Assembly: GCA_963841455.1 (NCBI GenBank)
Contig: CAWJCU010000002.1
Location: 121,770 to 185,769 of the forward strand
Source of the DNA: an uncultured Actinomycetes bacterium
GTDB lineage: Bacteria > Actinomycetota > Thermoleophilia > Solirubrobacterales > 70-9
Reading direction: 5' to 3'
DNA length: 64,000 nucleotides
The position numbers were made by a program, and so were the translations under genes. The notes under the pieces were generated by a model. That model was not told where the DNA came from and searched no databases. It saw only the letters and a program-made list of their open reading frames with translations. Each line of letters begins with the position of its first letter. Position 1 is the first letter of the stretch. Shown in pieces: positions 17,811 through 27,699 of this stretch.

Positions 17811-19775
17811 ATGCCTAGGCCGGTAAAGCGCGAGACGCGCTACATGCCGGGCCTCGACGGCCTGCGTGCGATCGCGGTGCTCGGCGTGATCGCCTACCAC
17901 CTGAACTTCGGGTGGGCCGCCGGCGGCCTGCTCGGCGTCGGCGTCTTCTTCACGCTCAGCGGCTACCTCATCACGGACATCCTGCTGAACCAGGTCGCCC
18001 GCGGCGGGATCAAACTGGCCAAGTTCTGGCTCGCCCGAGCCCGGCGGCTGCTCCCCGCCCTGTTCGTGATGTTGGCCATCGTGATGGCCTGGGTGACCGT
18101 GTTCGGGCCGCACCAGCCTTCCGACTTCCGGATGGACGTGATCAGCGCCTCCGCCTACTTCAACAACTGGTGGCTGATCTTCCACAACGTCTCCTACTTC
18201 GCACAGTTCGCCGCGCCGAGCCCGCTGAACCACCTGTGGTCGCTGTCGATCGAGGAGCAGTTCTACATCGTCTGGCCGTTCCTGCTGCTGATCGGGGTCC
18301 ACTTCGTGCGCGAGGCGCCGAACGGCGGCGGACTCCGGCCTCGCCTGGGCCTCGTGTGGGTCGGCCTGGCGATCGCCTCGGCGGTCCTGATGGCCGTCCT
18401 CTATGTGCCCAGCATCGACCCCTCGCGCGTCTACTACGGCACCGACACGCGCGCGCAGGAGCTGCTGATCGGCGCCGCGCTCGCGACCGTGTGGCCGAGC
18501 CGCCAGCTGCGCCGAAACATCGCCCCGCAGGCGCGGAGGATGATCGACTGGGCCGGGGTCGTCGGCCTCCTCATCGTCGGCCTGATGTTCTGGCGCTGCA
18601 GCGAGTACTCACCGTTCCTCTACCGCGGCGGCTTCCTCGTGCTGTCCCTCGGTACCGCGCTGCTCCTCGTCGCGCTGGCCCACCCCGCCTCCAAGCTCGC
18701 GCGCGTCATCGGCATGCGTCCGCTGCGCTGGATCGGCGAGCGCTCGTACGGGATCTACCTTTGGCACTTCCCGATCATCGTCCTGACCACGCCCGAGGGC
18801 GCCCAGCAGCAGGTCGACATCCCCCGAGCCATCCTCCAGGTGGCCGCCACGTTCATCGTCGCCGCTCTGTCCTGGAAGTACATCGAGAACCCGATCCGGC
18901 GCGGAGGCCTGCGGGGCCTTCGCGAGCGGATCCGGGCGAGCAAGTGGGTCCGGGGCGGAGTCAAGCGTCCGGCCTGGGCGATCGTCGCGCTGGTCGGGTT
19001 CGTGATGGTGGGCGCGCTCGCGGGCATGGCCGGCGCCGGCGTCGGTGGCCCGCGCGGCGGCAAGGACGTCGTGGTCGCGAGCACGAAGACGGTCAAGAAC
19101 GTGAAGGTCGACACGAAGCACACGATGTGCAAGAACGTCACCTACATCGGCGACTCGACCTCGCTCGGGCTCGTCTCGCCGGACTACCTGCCGGACAAGA
19201 AGGAGCGCATCAGCGCCCAATTCGCGCGGGTGGGCGCGGTGAACCAGCACCTGGAGGTGTCAGGCGGACGGTCGATCTTCGAGACGATCCCCGGCATACC
19301 GAACGCCTACGACGTCGGGTCGAGCATCAAGGCCGGGGGCTTCAAGGGCTGCTGGGTACTCGGCCTCGGCACCAACGAGGCGGCGGACGTCGCCGCCGGA
19401 TCGGCCAACAGCTTCGACGACCGCATCCGCCGGATGATGTCGCTGATCAAGAAGGAGCCGGTCATGTGGGTCAACGTCAAGACGATCGCGACCTCCGGCC
19501 CCTACACGGAGCCAAGCCAGAAGGCATGGGACAAGGCGCTGCTCGCGGCGTGCGACCGCTACCCGCACATGCGGATCTACGACTGGGCCTCCGACGTGAA
19601 GGACCAGTGGTTCATCCCCGACGGCATCCACTTCACGACGCAGGGGTACGCGCACCGAAGCCGCCTCATCGCGGACGCGCTCCGCGATTCGTTCCCCGAC
19701 GCGGGCGGGCACATCGCCCCGACCGACAGCTCGGACTGCCTCGTGCACCCCGACCAAGACCCGCGTAAGGCGTGA
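17811..19775 (+). CDS. acyltransferase family 3 (OafA/YrhL-type) O-acyltransferase with C-terminal SGNH domain
   Basis: 654 aa. N-terminus has YMPGLDGLRAIAVLGVIAYH and about 10 TM segments. C-terminus has YIGDSTSLGL...LGLGTNE (SGNH). Confidence 0.88.
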   Translation: MPRPVKRETRYMPGLDGLRAIAVLGVIAYHLNFGWAAGGLLGVGVFFTLSGYLITDILLNQVARGGIKLAKFWLARARRLLPALFVMLAIVMAWVTVFGPHQPSDFRMDVISASAYFNNWWLIFHNVSYFAQFAAPSPLNHLWSLSIEEQFYIVWPFLLLIGVHFVREAPNGGGLRPRLGLVWVGLAIASAVLMAVLYVPSIDPSRVYYGTDTRAQELLIGAALATVWPSRQLRRNIAPQARRMIDWAGVVGLLIVGLMFWRCSEYSPFLYRGGFLVLSLGTALLLVALAHPASKLARVIGMRPLRWIGERSYGIYLWHFPIIVLTTPEGAQQQVDIPRAILQVAATFIVAALSWKYIENPIRRGGLRGLRERIRASKWVRGGVKRPAWAIVALVGFVMVGALAGMAGAGVGGPRGGKDVVVASTKTVKNVKVDTKHTMCKNVTYIGDSTSLGLVSPDYLPDKKERISAQFARVGAVNQHLEVSGGRSIFETIPGIPNAYDVGSSIKAGGFKGCWVLGLGTNEAADVAAGSANSFDDRIRRMMSLIKKEPVMWVNVKTIATSGPYTEPSQKAWDKALLAACDRYPHMRIYDWASDVKDQWFIPDGIHFTTQGYAHRSRLIADALRDSFPDAGGHIAPTDSSDCLVHPDQDPRKA

Positions 19776-19778
19776 GCG

Positions 19779-20087
19779 ATGAGCCGCCGCACCGCAGTCG
19801 TCGTCGCAGTCGTCGTGATCCTCGCGGTGGGCGCCGGGGTCGCCGCCTACCTCATGGCGCGAACCGGAGGTGAGGATCTCGCCGCCGCGCGAGCCAAGGG
19901 CCATCGAGCGGGGATATCTCGCGGTTACGCGATCGGCACGCACGCCGGTTTCCAGCGCGGGTTCAAGGTGACCCGAGGCGAGAGCCACGACGCGGCCTAC
20001 CGCAGCGCCTACGCCGCCGCCTACCGGCGGGCGTTCCGGCAGGCCGGTTTGTCGCCGCCCAGGCACATCTCCATACCGGCGCCCTAG
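19779..20087 (+). CDS. small single-pass membrane protein, hypothetical
   Basis: 102-aa ORF beginning 4 nt after the acyltransferase stop. It has one TM segment (VVVAVVVILAVGAGVAAYLM). Confidence 0.5.
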   Translation: MSRRTAVVVAVVVILAVGAGVAAYLMARTGGEDLAAARAKGHRAGISRGYAIGTHAGFQRGFKVTRGESHDAAYRSAYAAAYRRAFRQAGLSPPRHISIPAP

Positions 20088-20097
20088 GTGCCCGCGC

Positions 20098-20436
20098 CTA
20101 GTCGCCGGGCGGGAACCCGATCGTCGCCGCCACGAGGATGAGCGCGGCGCCGACGACCGCCACGATCCCGCCGGGCGTCTCGGCGACCTGCGCCAGCCCC
20201 GCGCCGGCGACCGAGATCGCGAAGCCGATGGCCATAATGTCCCACCATCCGCTCCCCACCCGCCCGCGCTCGCCCGAGGTGATCGCCAGGACCCCGGCCA
20301 GGACGACCAGGCACGCGACCCGGACCCATGTCGCGAAGAGGTCGAGGGCGACGACGGTTGCGGCGACCGCGGCGACGACGAGGGTCAGCCGGAGACCGCC
20401 CCCCGCCTCGGAGAGCTCCGGCGCCCTCGGGCTCAG
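20098..20436 (-). CDS. putative small 4-TM membrane protein (start codon unclear, possibly CTG)
   Basis: Not in the ORF track. The open frame ends at the stop 20098-20100 and reads ...LRLTLVVAAVAATVVALDLFATWVRVACLVVLAGVLAITSGERGRVGSGWWDIMAIGFAISVAGAGLAQVAETPGGIVAVVGAALILVAATIGFPPGD. The only upstream start-like codon is a CTG overlapping the lipoprotein TGA (CTGA). Confidence 0.3.
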   Translation of the reverse strand: MSPRAPELSEAGGGLRLTLVVAAVAATVVALDLFATWVRVACLVVLAGVLAITSGERGRVGSGWWDIMAIGFAISVAGAGLAQVAETPGGIVAVVGAALILVAATIGFPPGD

Positions 20437-20981
20437 AGGTCCAGCTCGATCCGCCCCGGTGCTCGGTCGCCGGCGGCAGGGATCTTGAGCGTCAGTGGGC
20501 GGTCCTCAACGGAGGGGTTGCGGATCAGGAACAGCACCATCAGGCCGTCGATCGGCCCGTTCGCTGCGATGGTCTCCGGGTCCGGGATCTTGGCCCCGGC
20601 CCCGATGGTGCCGCTGAGGGGCATGGCGAAGTCGTTGTCCATCGGAACCGGCAGGTAGACGTGGTGCTCGGTGTCGGTCACCTCGTAGCGCGTGGGCAGG
20701 GTCGCATGGGTCGAACCGTGGTTGTGCACCTGAAGGAAGATGCCCAGGTAGTAGGCGTCGCGAGGCAGCGGCGGCGCGCCGGTGAGATACGCCTTGTCCT
20801 CGGCGTCGGAGGGGTTCAGGAAGCGGCTGATCTGGACGCCGTACTCGAGGTTCCCGAGGAAGATCGGCGCTCCCTCGGCGACGTTCTGCCTGTGGTCAGC
20901 CGATGAGCATGCGCTCATTCCGGCTGAGAGGGTGGCGAAAAGGGCAACGGTTGCGACCGTTGCGAGGGCGCGGCGACTCAT
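20433..20981 (-). CDS. lipoprotein (DUF4352-like extracellular domain)
   Basis: The internal ATG at 20981 gives MSRRALATVATVALFATLSAGMSAC, a lipobox-like signal sequence. Confidence 0.65.
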   Translation of the reverse strand: MSRRALATVATVALFATLSAGMSACSSADHRQNVAEGAPIFLGNLEYGVQISRFLNPSDAEDKAYLTGAPPLPRDAYYLGIFLQVHNHGSTHATLPTRYEVTDTEHHVYLPVPMDNDFAMPLSGTIGAGAKIPDPETIAANGPIDGLMVLFLIRNPSVEDRPLTLKIPAAGDRAPGRIELDL

Positions 20982-20994
20982 GGCGGCGGCGATT

Positions 20995-21501
20995 CTAAAC
21001 GCCCAGGGCATCGGCGCCGGCGACGACCAGGCGTGGCGGCGGCTCGCCGGACTCGGCGAGGTCTCGGAGACGTCCGAGCGCGCGCGACCACTGGCGCCGG
21101 TACCACCCCTCCACACCGCGGGCCCGCCCAGCGAGGTCCGATACGCGGTCGTGGCGGCTCACGGTCTCGATCACGAAGGTCACCGTCGCCTCGCAACCGC
21201 CGCCGGCCTGGACGAGCTCCCAGGCCGTGTGGACGGGCATGTGATCGAGGCGCCCACCGCCCCCGCGTTCGACCAAGCGGTGCGGCGGCACGCTCTCCGC
21301 TATCACGCTCTCGATCCAGAGCCCCCGGGAGGGGAGGCGAAAGCGAGCCGCGGCGCCGACGCCGACGGGGTCGAGGCGCTCGAGCCGGAACTCGTCGATG
21401 AAGTGGTCGGTGAAGGCCGGGCGCACCGAGAGGTCGTTCAGCAGCTCGTGGACGAGCTCGCGGGGCGCGTCGATCGAGGCAGTTGCGGAGACTGGGCCCA
21501 T
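20995..21501 (-). CDS. SRPBCC (START/polyketide cyclase-like) family protein
   Basis: 168-aa ORF with the typical N-terminus ...ASIDAPRELVHELLNDLSVRPAF and matching length. Confidence 0.7.
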   Translation of the reverse strand: MGPVSATASIDAPRELVHELLNDLSVRPAFTDHFIDEFRLERLDPVGVGAAARFRLPSRGLWIESVIAESVPPHRLVERGGGGRLDHMPVHTAWELVQAGGGCEATVTFVIETVSRHDRVSDLAGRARGVEGWYRRQWSRALGRLRDLAESGEPPPRLVVAGADALGV

Positions 21502-21607
21502 CCCGCGATTCTATTTCGCCGGGGCCCGTAGGCGTCTTGTATGGAATCGGCGCAATTTGCGGGGAAATGGGTAACCCGTCAAGCGGCGACTTGCGCTCGG
21601 GTTTACC

Positions 21608-22255
21608 ATGCCGGTGAGCGGGCAACACCATCCTCAGGAGCGTCAGGAGGTTGCCGTGCTGACAGCTAGCCGGGGAAGCATCGCCGATGGTCCGAGCGAA
21701 TTTCATCGCTCCGGCGAAGAGGTGGGCCGACTCGAGGGCCCAGGGTCGCTTCGATGCGTCGCCTGTGGCTTTGCGCTGTCCCTCGCCGCGCTCGAGGAGC
21801 TGCCCTCGATGGATCCGGTGCCCACCTGCCCGACCTGCGGAGGAACCCGGTTCCGGCGCGTGTCGATCTTTGACCGTCCGACCATCGATGTCCCGCCTCT
21901 GTCCCCCGAGGTCGAGCCCTACCCCTCCTGGCTCGAGGCACTCCGCTCCCGGACAACGAGCTCAGGCACCTACCTCGCCTACGCGGGCGGCGATCAGGCG
22001 CCGACGCTCTTCGAGCTCGCCGAGGGATGGACCAGGATCGGCCGCAGCGCAACCGCCGACCTCCGCCTCGACGACCCCACGGTCTCCCGCCGCCACGCAC
22101 TCGTGGTGCGCACCGAGACCGATGAGCTCCGAGCCCTCGACGACCGCAGCCTGAACGGCCTGTTCGTCAACGGAAAGCGGGTGGAATGGGCGCCGCTAGC
22201 CGACGGCGACGAGCTCGAGATCGGCCGCTACCGGTTGTACGTGATCGAGGCCTAG
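21608..22255 (+). CDS. FHA-domain protein with N-terminal zinc-ribbon
   Basis: CVACGF...CPTCGG cysteine pairs, then an FHA core (GWTRIGRSATADLRLDDPTVSRRHALV...NGLFVNGKRV). The start position is uncertain. Confidence 0.8.
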   Translation: MPVSGQHHPQERQEVAVLTASRGSIADGPSEFHRSGEEVGRLEGPGSLRCVACGFALSLAALEELPSMDPVPTCPTCGGTRFRRVSIFDRPTIDVPPLSPEVEPYPSWLEALRSRTTSSGTYLAYAGGDQAPTLFELAEGWTRIGRSATADLRLDDPTVSRRHALVVRTETDELRALDDRSLNGLFVNGKRVEWAPLADGDELEIGRYRLYVIEA

Positions 22256-22259
22256 CCGG

Positions 22260-22634
22260 CTACGCCGGCTGGTCGAGGCGCCGAAGCCACTCGGCGAGGG
22301 CCGCGACTCCTTCGGCCTGCGCCTCGCCACCGCCAAGGCGGCCGAGCGCGGAGTCTCGTCCGCGCATCAGCATCAGCTTCAGCTTCTCGCCGTCGCGGAG
22401 CTTCAGCTCGAGCCGGGCCGCGTCTCGGTCCAGGATCTCGGAGGTGGTGGTGAACCAGCCGCCGCTCGCGTCGCCGGCCTTCGCGCCCGCCACGTCGTCG
22501 GGAAGGATCGCGCGCGGGGAGCCGCTCGGGTTCCCTCGCCGATCGAGCTCCTGAAACAGCAGCCGGCCGGCCGTGACGCCGATGACCGCGGCCCCGCCCT
22601 TGAACAGCCCCTTCTGCTGCGAGGCGATGAGCAA
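22260..22634 (-). CDS. hypothetical protein (possibly bacterial PH-like)
   Basis: 124-aa ORF with a TTG start. The frame stays open upstream into the gltB 3' end without another start codon, so the N-terminus is uncertain. Confidence 0.4.
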   Translation of the reverse strand: MLIASQQKGLFKGGAAVIGVTAGRLLFQELDRRGNPSGSPRAILPDDVAGAKAGDASGGWFTTTSEILDRDAARLELKLRDGEKLKLMLMRGRDSALGRLGGGEAQAEGVAALAEWLRRLDQPA

Positions 22635-22710
22635 CCCCTGAAGGGACTCTCCGGGCTCGAGCTGAGCCTCGAGGCCCGGCCGGTAGGTGGACTCGAGATC
22701 TGCGACGGCG

Positions 22711-25700
22711 CTACTCCGTCGAGATGTTCGGGTCCGCCTGGACCTTCTCGGGCACGACCATGAGGAAGTTCTCCGTTGCGTCGGCCGCCAGGGCCATGAC
22801 GCGGTCGGCCTCGTCGTCCTGGTCGGTGGCCCGCAGCTCGTCGGCGTAGTGGCTCAGCAGGTCCTGGACGTCGAGGAGGCCCTCCGCGTCGAGCTCCGCG
22901 ATCGCGACCTTGGCGCCCTCACCCATCCGCCGTTCGATCGCCTCGCGGTCGAGGTTCCACTCGCGGCTCACCCGGCAGTAGACCCGGCCGCCGGTCATGC
23001 CGGCGCAAGCCCACGGGCCGAGATCGCCGAGGACGATTGCCCGACCAGACGTCATGTACTCGAAGGCGAAGCCCTTCGCGTTCGCCCGGTCGGCCAGGCA
23101 ACCGAGGGAGTCGTCGAGCGGCTGAGGGGGCTCCCCGGCGAGCACGACATCCGCGCCCGAGAGGCGGATGCAGAAGCGCGAGTCGGCCGAGCCCTGGACG
23201 AACAAGCGCCCGCGCTGCGCGCCGTAGGCAAAGGACTTCCCGACCGATCCGTTGACGCGCTGGCCGTCGACGCCCTTCCCCTTCAGCACCGAGACGGTCC
23301 CTCCGAGCATCGTCTTGCCGACGCCGTCCTGCGCTCCGCCCTCGACGCGCACGACGACGCCCCATGAGTTGAAAGCGCCGAAGCCCTGCCCCGCGACCGA
23401 GCCACCGTTGAAGCTGAGCTCGGCCTGGACCTCGTCCGGCTCGCCCTCGGGGGCATCGTCGTAGATCCGGGCGCGCGAGAGCGCGCCGGAGAGCTCGGTG
23501 CCGAGCACGCGGTCGTGGGCGTCGGTCGGCCGAGGCCACGCGCGGCGGACCGGGTCTCCCGTCAGCGCGTCGGCGACGAGCGTCGCGAGCTCGGCCGAGG
23601 CCTGCTTCGGCTCCATCCTGATCGGCCGCGCGACGACCAGGCCGGCCTCGGCTCGCGCCTCCGTCAGCACCTCCTCGGCGGCGACCGGGGCGGGAAGGTC
23701 GGCGGGCTCCAGGTCGAGGTACTCCTCTAGTGGGGTGATGAGCTGGGCCAGGTCGAGCTGGTCAGCGTGGGAGACCTGCTCCAGGAGGTCGTACCGGCCG
23801 ACCAGGTCCTGAGCGCGCTCGTAGCCGAGCTCGGCCACCACGCGCTTTACCTCCTCGCCCATCGAGGAGAAGAAGCGGGCACAGCTCTCCGAGGCGCTCG
23901 AGACCTCCTGGGGCGTGAACTTCTTCAGGCCGTGCTCGGTCGCCTGATCGACGGTCTCGATCTGCGTCGCGATGCCCACGTGGCACGTGTCGAGCTGGCA
24001 GCCGCGACAGATCGTGCATCCGAGGGAGACCATCGCGAGGGTGCCGAACGCCACGCGGTTCGCCCCCATGCAGAGCAGCTTCACGACGTCGTAGGCGTGG
24101 CGATACCCGCCGTCCGCCCAGATCTCGACGCGGTTGCGGATACCGGCCTCCATCAGCGCCTGGTGGACGAGCCGCGTGCCGATGTCGGACGGGAGGCCGA
24201 CATGGCGGAGCGCGTGCTGGCGCGCCGCGCCCGTGCCGCCCTCGAAGCCCGAGAGGGTGATGATGTCCGCCCCTGCCTTTGCGATCCCGAGGCCGATGGT
24301 CCCGACGTTGGGAACCACTGGCACCTTCACCGAGACGCGGACGTCCGGGTTCACGGTTTTGAGCTCGTCGATGAGCTCGGCGAGGTCCTCGATCGAGTAG
24401 AGGTCGTGGTTGTTGGACGGGGAGATGAGATCGGTGCCGGGCGTCGCGTTACGGGCCGCGGCGACCTTCTCGGAGACCTTCTTGCCTGGCAGATGGCCGC
24501 CCTCGCCGGGCTTCGCCCCCTGCCCTATCTTGATCTCGGCCACGTACGAGCTGTTGAGCATCTCGGCCGAGACGCCGAAGCGGCCCGATGCGACCTGCTG
24601 GCCGCGCCACTTGCGGAAGCGGCCGTACATGTCCCGGATCTCGCCGCCCTCCCCGTTGATGCAGAGGATGTTGATGCTCTTGGCCGCCTCCGCGTAGGCG
24701 CGGAAGGCGGGCTCGGACTGCGAGCCGAAGCTCATCGAGCTGATGACGAGCGGGTATGAGTGGTGGCCAATCGAGGCGTCGACGTCGCCCGCGTCGACCA
24801 CCTCGCGGTCGGGACGCAGCTTCATGATGTGCCGCATCGAGATCGGGCTCTGCTTCTCGAGCTCGCGCACCTTCTCGGAGTAGTCGTCGTAGCTCGCGGT
24901 GCCGTTCGCCGCCGCGATCGCCGCCTTGTAGACCTTCGGGTAGAAGCGGAACGTCTTCGCCGGCTTCGCCTCCTCGCCTCCGCTCAGCGCGGCGTGGCGG
25001 GCGTCGGTGTCGGCATCGAGCGCGTCGAAGCCCACTCCGCCGCGCTCGGAAGCGGCAAACGCCTCGGTCTGGAGGATCTCGGCGAGCTCGGGCTTGATCC
25101 CGATCGAGGAGAACTGGCGCGCGTAGCCGCGGACCTCGTGGATCCCGATCGTCGAGATCACCTTCTCGATGCCCTTGCGCAGGGCGGCGCAGATGTTTGC
25201 GATGTCCTGCTTGTAGTCCTCGACGCAGATCACCTCGAGCATCACGTACGGGCAGACGCCGTCGGCGCCGAGGCCCAGGGCCAGGACCACGTCGTGGACG
25301 TTGCGAATCGCCGCGGAGCGGAGGACGATCGCGCAGCGGCGGCGCAGGTTCTCCTCGCCTGCCGGCACCTTGATCTGCTTCAGCGCCTGATCGACGGCGG
25401 ACGTGGCCAGATGCGGGTCGAGGTAGCGGCGCTCGCCGTCGTAGACCGTGCGGTCGGTGAGGACGACGAGCTCGGCGCCCTCCCGGACGCGCTTGGCCGC
25501 CTCCTGCTTGATCCGCTCGATCGCCCCGCGGGTGGTCTCCGACTCGAGCAGGGCGATGTCGATGCCCGCGGCGCGGCCGCGGAACTCCTCCCACAGGTCC
25601 TCGAGCACGTACGTGTGCTGCTCGCGGGCGATCTTGCGATACGTCGAATCGCCAAGCGGCGCCAGGTCGTGATGGCCGCCGAGGATGACCGAGAACGACG

Positions 25701-27411
25701 TCACGACGGTGTTGGTATCGGTCGCGGGGTCGTGGATTGCGGGCCGGCGGCCGAAGAGCGCACGGGTCGAGAAGTGCTCGATCTCGCGCTCGCGGTCGAT
25801 CGCCGGGTTCGTCACGACGGCGACCGTCTCCTTGAAGTAGTCGGCCAGGTTCTGGCGCTCGGGGGACAGCGCCGCGAGCGGGCCGTCGTACCCCAGTGAG
25901 CCGATCGGCTCGGCGCCGTTCGAGGCCATCTGCTGGCAGAGCTTCACGTCGTCGCGCTGCCAGCCGAAGCCGGCGAGGATCCGGTCCTCCACCTTCACGG
26001 GCTCCGACGGGCCGGCCGACGTGTAGCCCGGGATCTCCTGACCCTCGAGCGGGCCGCCGGTCACGAGCGCGCGATCGTAGGGTCCAGCGGCCTCGGCGCC
26101 GGTGCGATCGAGCCAGCGGCGGGCGACCTCGCGCTGAAGCTCGCTGTGCTCCCAGAGGCGGGAGCGCCTGGCCGCTCGATCGATCGTGACCATGAACTTC
26201 TCCCCCGGGCCGAGGGGCTTCGGCTCGGAAACCATGTCGTCGCAGCCGACCACGCCCGGTTCGGAGCTGAAGATGAAGTCGCGCGGCGTCTCGACCTTCC
26301 AGAGCGGCCGGAGGCCGAGCGCGTCGGCGGAGAAGACGCACTCGTCGCGGTGGCGCGAGATGAGTGCCACCGGCCCCTGCGCGAACGGCCCCATCGCCTG
26401 GCGCAGGTACATGTAGAAGGCGTGCAGGTCCTCCGGAAGGGTCCGGATCTCGTTGACGATCGGCGGCACGACCATCTCCATCGCCTCGGCGAGCGAGAGC
26501 CTCTCGACGCGGATCAACGTGTCGACGACGCGGTTCAGGTCCTGCGAATCGGAGTTCCCCGGCTCGATCGGGATCCCGAGCATCCTGCCCTGTTGGCGGA
26601 GCTGCTCGATCGTGTTGATCTCGCCGTTGTGCCCGAGCACGGTGAACGGTTGCACACGCCTGAACGAGGGCCAGGTATTGGTCGAGTAGCGGTTGTGGCC
26701 AAAGCAGCCCACCGTCTCGAAGCGCTCGTCGCGGAGGTCCGGGTAGTACTCGCCTAGCACCTTCGGGGCGCCCATGACCTTGTAGACGCACGTATCGGCC
26801 GAGAACGAAGGTAGGTGCACGCCGAGCTCGCGCTCGAGCTCGATCATGAGTTCGAACACGACCCGATCTACGTTGTCGGTGTCGGCGACGAGCCCGCCGA
26901 TCTGCCAGAAATGAGGCTCCTCCTCGCGCGCCGTGGGGCCGAGCGCCTGGGTGTCGGTGACGCCCACGCGCTCGGCGAGGACGCGGAAGCCGCCCTGGCC
27001 GAGAAGCTCGCGGGCGTCGTGCCGGACCCGCTCGAGGTCGGCGGAACGGTCCACGAAGACGTGGGCGACGGCGAACGCGGCGTCGAGCGCGAGCGCCGGG
27101 TTGTGGCCGCCCGACCGGATCTCCTCGGCCCAGAGCTTGCGCGGGATGTCGACGAGGAGCCCGCAGCCGTCGCCCTCGCCGTCGACGTTCCCGGCGCGGT
27201 GAAGCATCTTCTGGAGGTTGGCCAGGGCGAGGTCGACGGGCTCGCGGCTGGGCGTGGCATCCGTCCGGACGGAGGCGTAGATCGCGCAGGCGTCACGATC
27301 CTCGACGCTCGGCGGGGAGACGACGGGCTTCCAGGGAAGCTCGGGTGAGTAGAAGCTCGGACGCAGGCGCTGAGGGCGCCGGGGCACGCGGGACGAAGAG
27401 CGGGACAACAT
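22711..27411 (-). CDS. gltB: glutamate synthase large subunit
   Basis: Intact 1566-aa ORF with amidotransferase, central, FMN (...INGEGGE..., GGTGAA) and C-terminal GXGXG-type domains. GGGAGG lies 4 nt upstream of the ATG at 27411. Confidence 0.95.
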   Translation of the reverse strand: MLSRSSSRVPRRPQRLRPSFYSPELPWKPVVSPPSVEDRDACAIYASVRTDATPSREPVDLALANLQKMLHRAGNVDGEGDGCGLLVDIPRKLWAEEIRSGGHNPALALDAAFAVAHVFVDRSADLERVRHDARELLGQGGFRVLAERVGVTDTQALGPTAREEEPHFWQIGGLVADTDNVDRVVFELMIELERELGVHLPSFSADTCVYKVMGAPKVLGEYYPDLRDERFETVGCFGHNRYSTNTWPSFRRVQPFTVLGHNGEINTIEQLRQQGRMLGIPIEPGNSDSQDLNRVVDTLIRVERLSLAEAMEMVVPPIVNEIRTLPEDLHAFYMYLRQAMGPFAQGPVALISRHRDECVFSADALGLRPLWKVETPRDFIFSSEPGVVGCDDMVSEPKPLGPGEKFMVTIDRAARRSRLWEHSELQREVARRWLDRTGAEAAGPYDRALVTGGPLEGQEIPGYTSAGPSEPVKVEDRILAGFGWQRDDVKLCQQMASNGAEPIGSLGYDGPLAALSPERQNLADYFKETVAVVTNPAIDREREIEHFSTRALFGRRPAIHDPATDTNTVVTSFSVILGGHHDLAPLGDSTYRKIAREQHTYVLEDLWEEFRGRAAGIDIALLESETTRGAIERIKQEAAKRVREGAELVVLTDRTVYDGERRYLDPHLATSAVDQALKQIKVPAGEENLRRRCAIVLRSAAIRNVHDVVLALGLGADGVCPYVMLEVICVEDYKQDIANICAALRKGIEKVISTIGIHEVRGYARQFSSIGIKPELAEILQTEAFAASERGGVGFDALDADTDARHAALSGGEEAKPAKTFRFYPKVYKAAIAAANGTASYDDYSEKVRELEKQSPISMRHIMKLRPDREVVDAGDVDASIGHHSYPLVISSMSFGSQSEPAFRAYAEAAKSINILCINGEGGEIRDMYGRFRKWRGQQVASGRFGVSAEMLNSSYVAEIKIGQGAKPGEGGHLPGKKVSEKVAAARNATPGTDLISPSNNHDLYSIEDLAELIDELKTVNPDVRVSVKVPVVPNVGTIGLGIAKAGADIITLSGFEGGTGAARQHALRHVGLPSDIGTRLVHQALMEAGIRNRVEIWADGGYRHAYDVVKLLCMGANRVAFGTLAMVSLGCTICRGCQLDTCHVGIATQIETVDQATEHGLKKFTPQEVSSASESCARFFSSMGEEVKRVVAELGYERAQDLVGRYDLLEQVSHADQLDLAQLITPLEEYLDLEPADLPAPVAAEEVLTEARAEAGLVVARPIRMEPKQASAELATLVADALTGDPVRRAWPRPTDAHDRVLGTELSGALSRARIYDDAPEGEPDEVQAELSFNGGSVAGQGFGAFNSWGVVVRVEGGAQDGVGKTMLGGTVSVLKGKGVDGQRVNGSVGKSFAYGAQRGRLFVQGSADSRFCIRLSGADVVLAGEPPQPLDDSLGCLADRANAKGFAFEYMTSGRAIVLGDLGPWACAGMTGGRVYCRVSREWNLDREAIERRMGEGAKVAIAELDAEGLLDVQDLLSHYADELRATDQDDEADRVMALAADATENFLMVVPEKVQADPNISTE

Positions 27412-27699
27412 TGACCTCCCGGTTTCCGCGCCTTCTTCGAGCGGGCGCGCGACGGGTAAACGGACGCCGGAAGTATACGGCGGCAGGCGTCATGACTCCG
27501 CCTCGCCGAGACACCGCCCGCACACGCATTTCACGCACCGAGCGGCGAGAAACTCGCGGTATGGGCGACTAACCCGTCGCTCGGGGTCTTGGCCGCGGGA
27601 CATACCCGCCAGCGTGGCCGCCGCCGGGCGCGCGGGTGGTGCGGCGTCTGTGCCGGAATTGCCGCCAGCTGTGGCGAGACTGCGCATATAGTCCGCGCG

